Positions 1 to 13,800 of a DNA stretch of 64,000 nt are shown here, piece after piece. The DNA lies in NCBI GenBank assembly GCA_002633005.1, contig NMRA01000689.1, forward strand, positions 124,001 to 188,000, given 5' to 3'. The notes under the pieces were generated by a model. That model was given only the letters and a program-made list of their open reading frames with translations. It made no database searches and had not been told where the DNA came from. A program made the translations under genes and the position numbers. Every line of letters begins with the position of its first letter. Position 1 is the first letter of the stretch. Source of the stretch: Phoronis australis. Its lineage: Eukaryota; Animalia; Phoronida.

Positions 1-1591
1 AACACGCCTTACTCCGTGCGGAGGTGTAGACTGTTTCAGTGCCAAGTTCAGGATTTATAATTACGGAGCTATTTTGGACTCTCTTTAGTTTTTAGTTGAT
101 CATGTTGTGTTTTGAAAAACAGAAGTGTTATTGACTGTTATATGGAGGTTTTCTCTGTTGTTATGCCAATGAGGTTGATGACTTTCGTGGAGGTGATTAT
201 AAATACTGTTGATTGTTCACCGGAGAGATGAGTCACAGAGTGTAGTGAGCTGGGAGTGTAATGGAGTCCGTGCATATGATTATAACCAGATACTAAATTT
301 TGTGGATATTTGGGCAGGCCTTACCCAACATGCCGCAGTATTTTGTTTTTACAGGTTTTCAGGTATGTTTTCATGAACAGTAATTGTTTCCAATTTTAGT
401 GATAAACCAGCAACTGGTTTACAAATTGGGGATGCATGTTTGTGTGTTTTTTTTTGTTTTTTTTTTGATAATTGGTCATATTTTTTCATTATGTGATTGT
501 TCTGTTGTGATATGTTTCAAACGTTGTGCAGTCATGCATTTCCGGCTTTAGTTGTCTGACAGGCTCTCTTCATTGGTAGCTGGAACCTTGTTAAAGAATT
601 ATTATTCTCCAGTTTGTTAATTACCGTGTAATGAGAATAAACAAAATGGTATGATGTCTGTTTATTTTACCAGGTCACCACGAAGTGTTTTGTTGATTTG
701 CTGGGGTTTTGTTATGAACGAGTTTATGATAAGCGCAGTAATATCTCTTCTCCTCTGTGTTTAATATTTATGTCTAATATTTGCTGATATCCTGTGATGT
801 GTCTGAACTCTTGTCAGTGTCTGAATTCATTGCTGTTGGGAACCATCTAATAGTCAGTATCTGCCCATGAGGTTGCTATCAGTCGGCCATTACTTTATCA
901 GAGTTTGCACTAGGGAGGTTTTCCCCACAGTCTCTCAGTAGTGGTTAGTCTCTTGAAGGGTAGACATAGGATTGAGTAGTCTAACTAATGAGACGATACA
1001 TCAGGCAGCAGGTAAGGTTGTGGATGGACAAACTTGTACAGTACGTCCAGGTTATAATGTCTAGTTTCCTGGTTATAGCCCTCTACTTTGCTTGGACAAT
1101 TTTACCCACTGGTGTACTTGTGCTGAAGTTAGATCATACTGTAAGCATTTCTCAATTGCTATCGCATTTTACCTGCAGCCGTGAAATGTTTGTGCTTTGA
1201 AGGAAACACTGTAGTCAGGTGAATTCTTTCAAATCTAGATTTTGTACCAAAAATGCTTCTTTGAACAAACTAAATGATTGTCTGATCGTAATGGTCATTT
1301 GGGTTTGTGTTCCACATTAGAATTTTTTGGTGGAAGATTTAATGAGTTCGAATTTGTTTCCTTATGGGTCAGCTGATTGAAACACGTGTCAGCACTCTTC
1401 AAGTAGTTTGCATCCTTCCAATCTGCCAATGTGTTTGTAAAAATTTGTCTAAATACTCCTGATCTTTGTGCAGCATCAGAATAGCAGTAACTTCCAAAGA
1501 TGCCTGAATGCTTTTATAGATATCCCTGTCTTGAAGCAGACGTAGTGTCGTTGGTCGCCTCGTTAAGAAACTCTTCCGTTTCTGTTTCCAG

Positions 1592-1801
1592 CTGCCACAA
1601 GAGCTGCAGAATGTACAGACAGTTCTACAACGATCTGACCAGACGCACAAGCGAAACTCACGTGCCAGCGACACGAGCTCTGCTTACTCAGGGTCGGACA
1701 TGATGCAGTCATCTGTCGATGAACAAGACATCGACTTGAGTGGCTTGGTAGAGAGTGTCGTAGACTCGGACGATGAAGAGGGCTACGTTGAGTCCAATGA
1801 C
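1592..1801 (+). CDS. RAPGEF2: PDZ-GEF exon, N-terminal acidic region
   Basis: ttccag|CTG...GAC|gtaagt; LPQELQ...[38 protein letters not shown]. Confidence 0.9.
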
Positions 1802-4800
1802 GTAAGTCGCTTTTGCGGAAATACGTAAACAATGTTGTAATGTCGTTATTCGTGGCCGGATAAATCATAAGCGATTGTTAGTGGAAATATTCTCACAATT
1901 TGGAAGGCATCAGCTATGGTTATTTTCTAACCGTCGCTGGATAAATTAAGTTCATCTCGGGAGGCGTCTAATCAGAAGCTATGGTTATTTTCTAATCGCT
2001 GGTGAGCTTTATTGATTTCGTGTTGGGAAACTAATTGAAGTCAGAAGAGTTTATTAAAAGTGTGATTGTGAATCCCCTGGGTATCTGGGCTGGTCAGTAT
2101 GTTGATCAGAGTACAAGTGCACAGTTTCAGGAGTATCATTACCTTGTTTCGGTGTTAATGTGGAGTGTATTTATCGATTTAGTCTCCCTCTGGAACACAC
2201 ATGCACTGTATCCTAATTGTAGCAGAGAGATAATTATTCTCTAAAGGGTCAATAACCTGCACTTTCTGTCAAAAACCAAGGTTTTATTTAGGTCATTTAC
2301 CATTACAAAATTGGTCCTGTTTAGTTCCTGTAGAATTGACTTATAGACCTCATAAGAACTGAGGGCTTGTTATCGCCTTGTCTCCAAGCCTCAAATGGCT
2401 AAACCGATCAGCGCCACCTTGAGGCTTGGGGACGAGGCTCGTTATTACATTGTGTTCGTCTGAGGAATTCCAGTCACTTCACTTCAACCCATCTCAATTC
2501 ACAAGCAAACATTAGTAACGCAATGATATATACCCGTGGAAGAGCATAATACACGATTGAATAAAAGCCATTTTCACCCTGGTGGTTTTAAGGAGACTAT
2601 TTGCAAAGCTTCTTGTGATCGTCAACAAAGTGTATTGACACTTTAAATAAGTGATCTGATTGTTTTATAATCGGTGCTCTGTTTTATTTCAGTCGCTCAC
2701 AGTACGTGACACAGTTCGAGAGTGTCTCGAAAAGGATCCAGTGGACAGAACAGAAGATGATATTGAAATACTGCTGGAGTTTATGCAACACTTGCCGGTA
2801 CATTTCCTTCCAAACTGATAAGTTTGCAAACAGTGTAACACTAAGTTCTAGCGTGTATGCTGAACCTAGTAAAATTAATGCATTAACATTCACATTGTTT
2901 GCCAATTTGCAATTTTGCGTTATTTAAAATGCGAGTCGCGTTAATGAAGTAGTAGTAGAGACAAGTGCACTGTTTGTGAGTAATATTAATGAGCACCGGT
3001 TTTGTCTTATAAGTGTTAAAAGTTGGGTACACTGTTATTGATTTCCTTTCCTTCACTTCAGGCATTTGCCAACATGACTATGGCAACACGGCGTTCTCTG
3101 TGCGCAGTTATGGTGTTCGCCGTGGTCGAGAAGGCGGGCACCATGGTGATGAACGATGAGGAAGAGCTGGACTCATGGTCAGTCATCATCAACGGTCTCG
3201 TGCAGATCCAAAAGACGGACGGTACTGTCGACCAGCTTCAGATGGGTGCTAGGTAAGTGTGAGACACTGGGATACCGCTGTCACGCAAGGTGTCACTTGG
3301 CTCTAGAAATAACCACGGTGGCTTGAGTGTTGCGATTATGTAGGAGTTCCAATAGTCCTAAGTTGTTTTCGTGCATCGATGCATCGTCGACCACTTGGTT
3401 GGTGAGTGAAATTTGATAACGTTGAACTATTGGTAGCGATCAATGCAGTATTCTTGCCTCTGCATATTTGATTGCGTTTCAAATTACAGGAATTGTGAGC
3501 AAAATTGAACAGCGTGGATGACATAAAAATACATTGTTTCTGTTGCTCCGCTCGCCCCTGATGGTGTTGTTTGGTAAAATTTCACCAATTTTGAACAGAA
3601 ATAATCGCCAAAACTGATCTTATTTCATTTTCAAGGGCTTGTCACATTGTTGGGAATGCCCACAATCTCTCAAACGTGCCACCAGATGTAGCTGTGGTTC
3701 AGAACTGAAACATGATAACGCATTAATTTGTTGCCACTTTTATGAAAAATGGGAAACGGTAGAATTGTTGAGATTTAACCGCAACATTTCTAGCAGTGCA
3801 ACTGGTAAATACATTTGAATTGTTGTATCTTTCTAAGCTTCGGCATCACGCCCACCATGGAGAAGCTGTATCATAGGGGCGTCATGACAACCATCACCGA
3901 CAACTGTCAGTTCGTCTGCATCGCTCAGACTGACTACTACAGAATTTTACACCAGGTGCGTGTCACAGTGTCCCCGTCTCTCAATGACCGCGTCTGCCTT
4001 TGCTTCACTTCAGGTCGCTTACTATTCAGTTTGAGGGACATTTGACCAGTCGTTGCAAGAAAATACAGACCGAGAAATTAATTCACCTGCAGTTTAGGTT
4101 TTTTTAGAAATCCATGTTCAACTTAAAAAATGACTAGTTGAACAAAAAATGTCAGTCGCGTGGTTGTAAACTCTCGTTTCAAAGCGTAAATTAAGATTTT
4201 TTAGTCGTCATGGATTCTGAAAATAATTATACACTTGTAATGCTCGAAATTTGACACCAAAAATGTGTAAAGTGATCTCACAAAGAGTGACTATTACCCG
4301 AGTTTATATCTTGCCCCTCTGTTGTACCTTGATTACTCAAAACGCGTATTTTAATTGGTTGCCTTTACCAGTGAATCCATCTTTCAATCCAAAATCTTCA
4401 GGGCGAAGAAAACACTTGTAAGCATGAAGAAGATGGGGAGGTTGTCATGGTTACTGAACATAGAGTGTTGGATGGTGGAAGCCGGCAGGGACATATAGTT
4501 ATTAGGGTAAGTCATTGACAAAGTCATGCGATGGATCAAATCAGTTTGTTATTGCCATTTATGTATGTATGCAGTTTCACCCATTGTGAACTACTCTTGA
4601 ATGGTCCTTTTTATCACTGTAACCCAGCAAAACTGAGCACATGTTCTTTGATAGTGGCATACTATAGCTGAATGTATTTATGACTTGTTTGTGACCGCCT
4701 GGTTTTAGAATCCTGTTTACATACCATGTGTGTCACTTATGCAGTCTATCAAAGAGCAATATTCTTTATCTTGATTCTGTGGCCACCAATAATAGGGAGT

Positions 4801-7800
4801 GTTTGGGCTACAGTGTTTTTGCCTTATCTTATTTGAAATTCAAATTTGTGTTGCATTTCAACACACTTGAAAGCCAAGTTACAGTGCAAACATTTTTATT
4901 ACAATGGTGGACTTGGTTCGATTACATATTTGGAAATCCTCAAGCTGTACAAGTATTTACGTGATCTTGAATGAAATTCAAATTTGTTGAGCTATAAAAT
5001 CTGTCTGATAGGCTTAACACATAACTTAATACTATAAAAGTTTATGATGGCTTGGTACATTCTGCTTTTGACGTCAGGGTTTTTTTTAAGGTTTGACTTC
5101 TAAATTATTCCCGGCTCCTCATTACAGGGTACCCCTAGCCGTCTTGTGAAGCACTTAGTGGAGGAACACTCCTCTGTTGATCCCACATATGTGGAGGATT
5201 TTCTACTTACTTACCGCACATTTTTAAATCATCCACAAGAGGTTGCCAGTCGCCTGTTGTCTTGGTTCCATGAGCCTTTGCTGAAAGACAGGGTAAGTAT
5301 TGAGAACATCTCACTACTGTGAGTTTCGTAACATTTTATTGCTGGTCATTTTGTTTGTGCTATTTTGAAAACTTAAAAAACTTCATAGAAGAAATAAGCA
5401 TCGCTTAAACTTTTTGAACATTGACATTTATCCTCAACAAGCATTTGATATGCTCTGTTTCCAAACTCCCCAGGTGTTGGGAAAATGTTAGGAATGGCAT
5501 TACATATTGTTGAAAGATGCTAAATGTGCTAATGTGTCCTGTCAATCTGTGCCTGTGACCTCCTGTTGAGTGTCAGTGACCTCAGTTTACACATGAATGC
5601 ACCACCCATTGTGTGTAACTGGGTCACTGCTGTGTCCCAGCTGGACACCTCTGCACACAGGGAAGCACCCTGCTGTGCAATATCTGGTCACTGGGTTGTC
5701 CGGGTGAACACCTCTCAGTAACAAGAGGTGCCCTACTGTGTACAAGGAGGTCTTGTAAGGTGACCTAACTCGTCCGTATCTGAGTCTTTTTGTGAATTTT
5801 AGGTGACAAGAGTTGTTTTGCTCTGGGTGAATAACCATTTTAATGACTTTGAGTCCGATCCAGAGATGATGGACTTCCTTGAGAGGTTTGAAAGTCTGCT
5901 CAAGAAAGAGGTAGGTGTTTTGTTTTGTAAATCTAGAGTCTGTGCATTATGTTTGCTGAACACTGTCTGGAATTGTATAGGTCCCTAGTTTTGTCCATTC
6001 ACTCAGATGCTGGACTAAAGCTATGTTCCCTAGAACCAAGGCAATTGCTTCAACAGGATTTCAGACCGCAGCATTTTCCTGAGAAAAAAATGAATAGCAT
6101 TTGCTGTTTTAGAACCTCTTCTGTTTGCTTATGGGAACAGTTAAATATTCAGTTGCAAAATATTTATTTACAAAATGTTACCTAATGTCTCGGTTTCAGC
6201 ATATGACTGGCCAACTCCGTCTGCTCAACATTGCCTGTGGTGCCAAGGCTCGCCCCCGTATAGTCACGCTAACACGAGGCACACGTGACGAAATTCTCCA
6301 CTTCTCTGTTTTGGGCGGACTTGAAAGGAACTGCGGTATCTTTGTTTCCAAGGTCGAGCGTGGCTCCAAGGCTCACGAGGCAGGATTGAAGAGAGGGGAT
6401 CAGGTACGTGATGTTACGTTATAGGACTGTTCAGAGAAATAACAAGGCTTTGTTTTCACAAAGACTTGCGTATGCCCAAAACGACATTGAGTTTGTATCC
6501 ACCTAGGTAAAATGCTTGTGGAAACTAGATTAAAAAATCTAATCAATCCCATAAGTCCTGTTTGCAGTGACTAGTGTTTACAACACTCATTTGATTCTAA
6601 ACTGTCTGATTGAATATTGATCTACATGACATCTATAGCTAGCCTCCCCTGCAATATTTCCAAATGCAAATCTCGCCATATTTTAATATTTCGTGGTAAG
6701 TATGCAAATGTCATGTTTGGGAATGTGTGCTATATGTGCGTGGTCTATGCTGTCCCGTTCTATCCTAGTTGTGACATGCCACCATTGTTTTTCAGGTGCT
6801 GGAAGTGAACGGTCACAATTTTGAACAGATAGCTCACAACCGAGCGCTGGAAATCTTGCGAAGCGCCACTCACCTGTCGATCACTGTCAAGTCCAACTTG
6901 TCAGGTAAGACGTGGCTACATAGAGCAGTTCAGTGCTTGTTCAATCGGTATTTCCTGTGACGATTTTCACAACATAACTTACTGCCACACGAATGTACAA
7001 GTTGAGCTTTGGTATTTGTTTATTTGAAACTTCCAACTCTATTTTAAGTTAGCGTGAACCTTTTCCATTTTTTGTGTCAAAGTTGATTGAATGCATGAAG
7101 TAGTGTCAGTTAAATAAAGCAGCCATTTTATGAAGTAATGATAATCAGGTGCATTTCGGAAAAAAGAATGTTTCACAGTGTCTTTAATTGAAGTTAACAA
7201 TGCTCTGTGTGCAAACAACAGTGCTCTGTGTACAAATGATTGACGTGAGCTAGGATCACTAGAGGACTATTTCTCCCGGGTATACACAACTATTGTTTCT
7301 CACCAGTGTGAAAGCTAAGTTGTATATTTCATTCCTTGCAGCATTTAACGACATGCTGGAGTCACCCGACTGTGACCCACGCATTAAGAAGCATGCCAGT
7401 TTCTCAGCGGGTGATGAGATAGACAGTCCCATCAAAATCCCCATGCCCGACAATGAGGGAGTGGTCCCACCTGTCATCCAGGGCAAGCTGGGAAAGAAAG
7501 AGAAGGCAAAGACCCTCGGGCACCGCACCAAGCTGCGCAAGGCTCTAGCCAAGATGAACATTCTTGCAAAACCCAGGTAATGATTGGAATGTGATGCTTG
7601 GGTATAATGTGAGATTCATATTAAAACATTTATTTATATTTGCCATGTTGGTATTGATGTAGTGTCTGGTAGGGTCTTTTGGTCATCCCTTTATCAAGCC
7701 TACTTTCATTTGGTTAGATTGCCTTAGTAACAAAATTGAGTCCTGAATGTGATTTTACTTGTTAGCTCTTCTTCAAATTATTGAATTCCACATATGTGCA

Positions 7801-10800
7801 GTGAAACTAAAACAATTACTTAATTATAACATTAATTTATATTTGTCTTAATCATTTGTGTACATATATTAAGTCCATTAAAATGTTCCAACACTAAAAT
7901 GAAAATAGTAAGTTTTAAAATAATTCGTTTCGCATGTTAATTTCACTATTCATTGTTAATATTTTCTAGTGACACAGCTCTACAGCACAATCAGTCGGAC
8001 AACGAACTCTTTGCAAAGGGTCATCGTAAAAACTCAACGTCTTCACTGTCAACATCGACCCCATCCACCCCCCTACTGGGCATCAGCTCCCCAGACACGT
8101 TCCTTGCTGCGTATGGCATTGACGACTCGCGCAGTGACTTCCCAGAACATGTGCTGAAGGTGTACAGGGCCGACCAATCCTGCAGATACTTCCTCATTCA
8201 TAAGGTACCAGGGACTCACTGATCAGGGAACAGTGGACTAAGTTGTGCCATTTTGGAAATTGGTCAGCATGTTGCTATATAGGATTTGTAATTGTGCTTG
8301 GTAAACAACCGTATTGCCACCTCCAAAATACTGCTCAGCAAATAACCACACTGTCTGCCAGTCAATCAACCATGCACTATCAATTCCACTAGGCTTGTTG
8401 ATCTGACTAGTAGCTGGACACGTCCGATTGTTAGAAATCGTGTCAGTTGGAAGTCTGCTATTGCCAAGTGTTGTTTCAAGATTCAGAACTACACAGCTGG
8501 GCTGAAGCCTAGAACATTGGTTTTTTGGCTCAGGGCTATAACCTCACGGGTACAGCTTTTAAGTCCTTTTGTCTGCTGTTGGAGCTTGTTCCATAAAAAT
8601 GTGGAATTCGGCTTAACTAAAAATCTTGAAGAATATTCATTAGGTTCTGTAGCCCACTCTGTAGTGAATTACAGACAAGTACAAAAACTGGGCATTCATA
8701 AGCTGTCAACAGATTTTTGGCTTCTGGGTGTTTCTCAATTGCATAATGCACAGTGTTGGTGATAATCCATGCATGTTGTGTCATCATAATGGCACTCCTA
8801 GTAGACTGTCTAATAGTAGGCTGTCAGTTTTGTTATAGATTGTAAACTTAAGGTGGAGCTAGTGAATGCTGGGGGGCGTTCACTTGTTTTTGTGTTACAT
8901 CTCTTGCATGGTTTTGTTTGCAGGAGACGACAGCGCGCCAAGTGGTCATGTTAGCCCTGAGACAGTTTGGCATCGTTGACCCAAGCAGGTAAGAGTGTCT
9001 CGCCTGTAGCTACCTGTAAAGGTGTGCGTCACGTGCACGAGTGTGTTACTAATGTGTGCAGAGTGTCTATCTCTGTCATCTTGTGATTTGTCAGCAAGGT
9101 GTTTTCTTATTCCGTAGCTCTGTGTCAACACGCAAACACTCCTTGTGATTTTAGACTTCACAAATACCAAGTTTCAAGGCAATTTTCTCCGTTGTACCGA
9201 CTCGTTACCATTCCTTCACTCGTTTGCTTGTAGTGTCAGCCGTTGTTAACTTGTGTGGATTAATAACGTAATGCACAGCAGTTACACTTCGGCCAGAATC
9301 AATTACATGACGTAATTTTTCTTGGTTATAACTTAAAGTCACCGTTTTTGTTATGTTTTTCCCCTTAGCCGAGCGACAAGTCAGGACATGGAGAGCTGGT
9401 AACTGTCCTTGTTGCCTGTCCCCTCTGCCTGTTTCTGTTGTTGATTGTTTTACTGAAAATGTTTCAGACACTACTTAGTCTGTGACTGTCCGTCACTGGA
9501 ATGCATTGTCTCTGTTTCCTCATCTTTGTCAATTATCGTAATGTTTTTTAGCAATGTTTGGCTAATTAATTACAACGCTTGGCGCCGAGTTGTTAGTACC
9601 ATAAGAGTATTGCTACACCATAAATCACCGTGATTTACCTGACTGTTATCACCTCTTTGCACCTGGCTACTTTAAATGCAACTCCATTCTGTTCTGAAAT
9701 GCCCGGCCTTTTAAGTCCCAGTCACAGTTCTGCAAGTAATACGTCTATTACACGCGTAATTTATATCAATGCTTTCTATCTTGAGTTGTATAATGGCCTG
9801 CTTGGGATTGAGAGTTCAGTCACACACTGAAGTAAGGTATAAAAGTGTCTTAGCGTTGCGCTTGACGGAATTCCAATGAAAACAAGAATATTGCTTGTGT
9901 TATCACTAATTCTGTGCTTCTTGAAATCCAAAGCGTATTTCATTTATAATCACCATAGTTGTATAATCATTCGTTTGGAAAGGAAACACGAACTATGACC
10001 AACTTAGGCCTGAACTTGCATAATCTTAGCAAATTTGTAAGATTACAGTCTTACTGAGTGCTTTAGGTGTTAAAATTTAAAGCTTGTTTATGACATTAAA
10101 TTCCCATGTGTATTTCGACTTCTTTGTGTTTCACTGTTACGCAGACTTCGTAAGTTGGTCTTAGTGGTTACCATCCTTTAAATAAAGTTATTTATTTTTT
10201 TCAGCAATTTGTCATCCCTGAATGTCCCCTGTAGTAACTACTCTCTGTGCGAAGTGTCTGTCGAACACGGCGGCGTGGTCAAGCAGAAAAGGTTACCTGA
10301 CCAGGTGACCAACCTGCCCGATAGGATTGGACTCAACGCCAGGTGAGTTGAACAGCATGCTGCTGCATGGTGGATCGTGAGCAACGATGGCCTGATATTC
10401 TTGCTGAAATTCTTGTGCGTTACTTCATAGCTTGATTGGTTTATTCCATTGGAAGTGTCCTTCTAATGGTTTTTAAGTGTTGTTGTGGTGAGAGATTGGT
10501 GTGTTTTGGTTCAGTTTTTTTATTCTCTTATTGTATTTTGTTGTCTCCTATTCAAGATTTTCTCCCTTTCAATCATTCTAATTGTTGTATTTATTTTGTT
10601 AATGTATTTGTTTATTCTTCTTGTGTGACGGCTGATTTGAAATGCATGGTTTTGATGCGTTGCTGCTTGTTTAACGCATAACAGGCATTCAAGTCTCCTG
10701 TAATTAACTGACAACTGGCATCTTGCAATTAACGATGTGACTGGACTGTTTTCTCTCACAGTAATATATGTGGTGTCAACCGTAAACTGCCGAAGTCTAT

Positions 10801-13800
10801 CCACGCCAGGTAACCCCATATCACACATGGGCCAGTCCGGTGCATGAGCTCCCGTAGCTGCTGAGCGTGTCACATGCTCGCCTGCGCTCTTTGATAACAC
10901 ACTCTGTTGTATTCTCCACCGCCTCTAAATTTTCTGTGTGTGAAACATGGGTGTTGGGCAATCTAACTGGGGTGCTTCTTGTCTATCTCCCTATGCCAGT
11001 TGGAATTGCGGACTCGCGTTATTTAAAGTCTCTTCCGCGTGTATTGGGGAAGTGGTACAATGATTCTAAATTAACCCGTTTCAGAATATTTGTTCCCGAA
11101 TGTCTTTGATTGGTTGATTGACAACTTCGTAGAAATAAACAAAGTTGTGCTAGTGTTCCTTTCTTGCATTTTTCTGTATGCGAACGATCTAGTCCTCCAA
11201 TATCTTCTGCATGGCATCCGGTGCTAAATATAGTGTATAATCACTTCCATTAGATTTGCAACAGTTGTTAGCGCCCCTTTTGATGATGCAGTATCTTGTT
11301 GGTAAAACACAACCTAAAGCCTATTTGTGGCTAAGCAAGAAAGAGTTCAGTGTATCTATTTGGTCACGTGATTATTCCTTTTGCTTTGAAATCTAAGTGC
11401 ATCTCCAATTTTTGTCGACTCGTCTTCATGTGACATGTGGTCTTAGTGTTGTTTACTGGAATCACATTGACCTTTGAACTTATAACAGGTATAAACCTGT
11501 CTTCCATCACGAAAATCAGTTTTTCGATTTAGACCAGTTACCGTTTTCAAAATGGTCTCAAATTGTTTCCTAGTAACATTTCACGTGATTTCAGTCGATA
11601 CGTGAGATCCCGCACCATGGTACAAGTTGGCTTGTCACGCCGTGCAATTTTTTTGCGCCGAGCGTGATCTCGCGGAATAATGATTTCTCCGTTNCCAACT
11701 TCGTAGAAATAACCAAAGTTGTGCTAGTGTTCCTTTCTTGCATCTTTCTGTATGCGAACGATCTAGTCCTCCAATATCTTCTGCATGGCATCCGGTGCTA
11801 AATATAGTGTATAATCACTTCCATTAGATTTGCAGCAGTTGTTAGCGCCCCCTTTTGATGATGCGGTATCTTGTTGGTAAAACACGACCTAAAGCCTATT
11901 TGTGGCTTAGCAAGAAAGAGTTCAGTGTATCTATTTGGTCACGTGATTATTCCTTTTGCTTTGAAATCTAAGTGCATCTCCAATTTTTGTCGACTCGTCT
12001 TCATGTGACATGTGGTCTTAGTGTTGTTTACTGGAATCACATTGACCTTTGAACTTATAACAGGTATAAACCTGTCTTCCATCACGAAAATCAGTTTTTC
12101 GATTTAGACCAGTTACCGTTTTCAAAATGGTCTCAAATTGTTTCCTAGTAACATTTCACGTGATTTCAGTCGATACGTGAGATCCCGCACCATGGTACAA
12201 GTTGGCTTGTCACGCCGTGCAATTTTTTTGCGCCGAGCGTGATCTCGCGGAATAATGATTTCTCCGTTGAACCCAGAAATTGCTTCTCACCTGAAGAAGG
12301 AACTAGTCGAGACCAATTTGACTGCGACAAGTTGTCTAAATGAAAAATTCATTTCTTTGACGGAACACGGATTTATGGCCACTTCAGTATTCAACTAAGG
12401 ATGACGGCAGGTTTCTCAAAAAGTTGACTTGTTAAAATGTTGGACACTGAGTAGTCTAGCTCTCCACCTTTTTGCGTTTCTTCTGTTGTATTTGTCTATT
12501 AAAGCTTGTCACTACGGTAGTCATAATCTCCTTAATGAACCAACCTCGCTCAATGTCCCTGTTAATTAATTTCTTTAACTTTGACAAAGCTTGGTACTTA
12601 AATGCTTGTCAATTTTTTTTTAAAAACTACAGTCGATTGCATTCCCTTTGTGCCCGCGACGCTTCTCTTTTCATGTGTTCTGTGTTTTTTTCAGGTATTA
12701 CTTGAAAAATAACATGAATTCGGAGAACCTGTGTCCTGAGGAGGTGCTGTCCGAACTCGTCAAGGAGTCGGCCACAAACTTCCTGCAGCTGAACACCATG
12801 GAGCTGGCGATACAGCTCACCCTCGAGGACTTCCAGATATTTAATGACATTGAACCCACGGAGTATGTCGACGACTTGCTGAAGCTCAATTCTCATTACG
12901 GCACCAAACAGCTGCATAAATTTGCCGAGGTCAGTGAGTGTGAGATTTTGAGCGGATGATTAGACATGGAATAGTGAAAGCTATGAAATAGTGCAGAATA
13001 GTGAGGTGTCTGTGTCATTAATATTGCATATATATGGAGCAGATGGACCTAGCCTTTAATGTGTGATTTACTTAGCTTGTTGCTACTTTGTTTATACCTG
13101 TTTTGACAAAATTTTGTGTCCATGTTTTCTGCTTTGGAAGCTTGTATTGCTGAACAGAGCACCTCATCTTGATCACATATTCCATGTATACACCAAAAGA
13201 ACCCTCTTTGGAGCTTTTTCGAACGTTGTTTCTGAAATCACCTTCCATGTGGACTATACATTGGTGCGGGCCCCTTCGGGAATCCCGCGTTGAATGCAGA
13301 TTTGTAAAGACGTAAGTTTAAGATATTGGAATGATGAGATGTTTCTAAAAACTTTTTTTGTATCACCATCTTGGGCCTTGATCTAAAATAGAAATAAACA
13401 TTTAGAGATCTCCGCTGGTGAAATGCACTTGCGTTATGTGCCCATTGTCAAAAGTTGGCTTCATATAATTCTCTCCTTTCAGCTGGTCAATAAAGAAATG
13501 TTCTGGGTGGTGACAGAGATATGCCACGAGACCAACATTGTCAAAAGGATGAAGTTGATAAAGCATTTTATTAAAATAGCCAGTGAGTTAATTCTTCATA
13601 GTAATAGTGTGGTAAAACTTGAAAAATTAAAAGAGAATGGCCATTTTCAGTTAACAGCTTCGTTCTGATAATTGTAGTTTATATGTGGATACACGTTTTA
13701 CTACTGAAATAAGTAGATAGCCCTGAATTTTGTTATGCGTTTCCTGCCTAAAAAAAGGCTTTAGCTGATACAGCTTTAAAAGGAGTTATGTTAGTTATAA

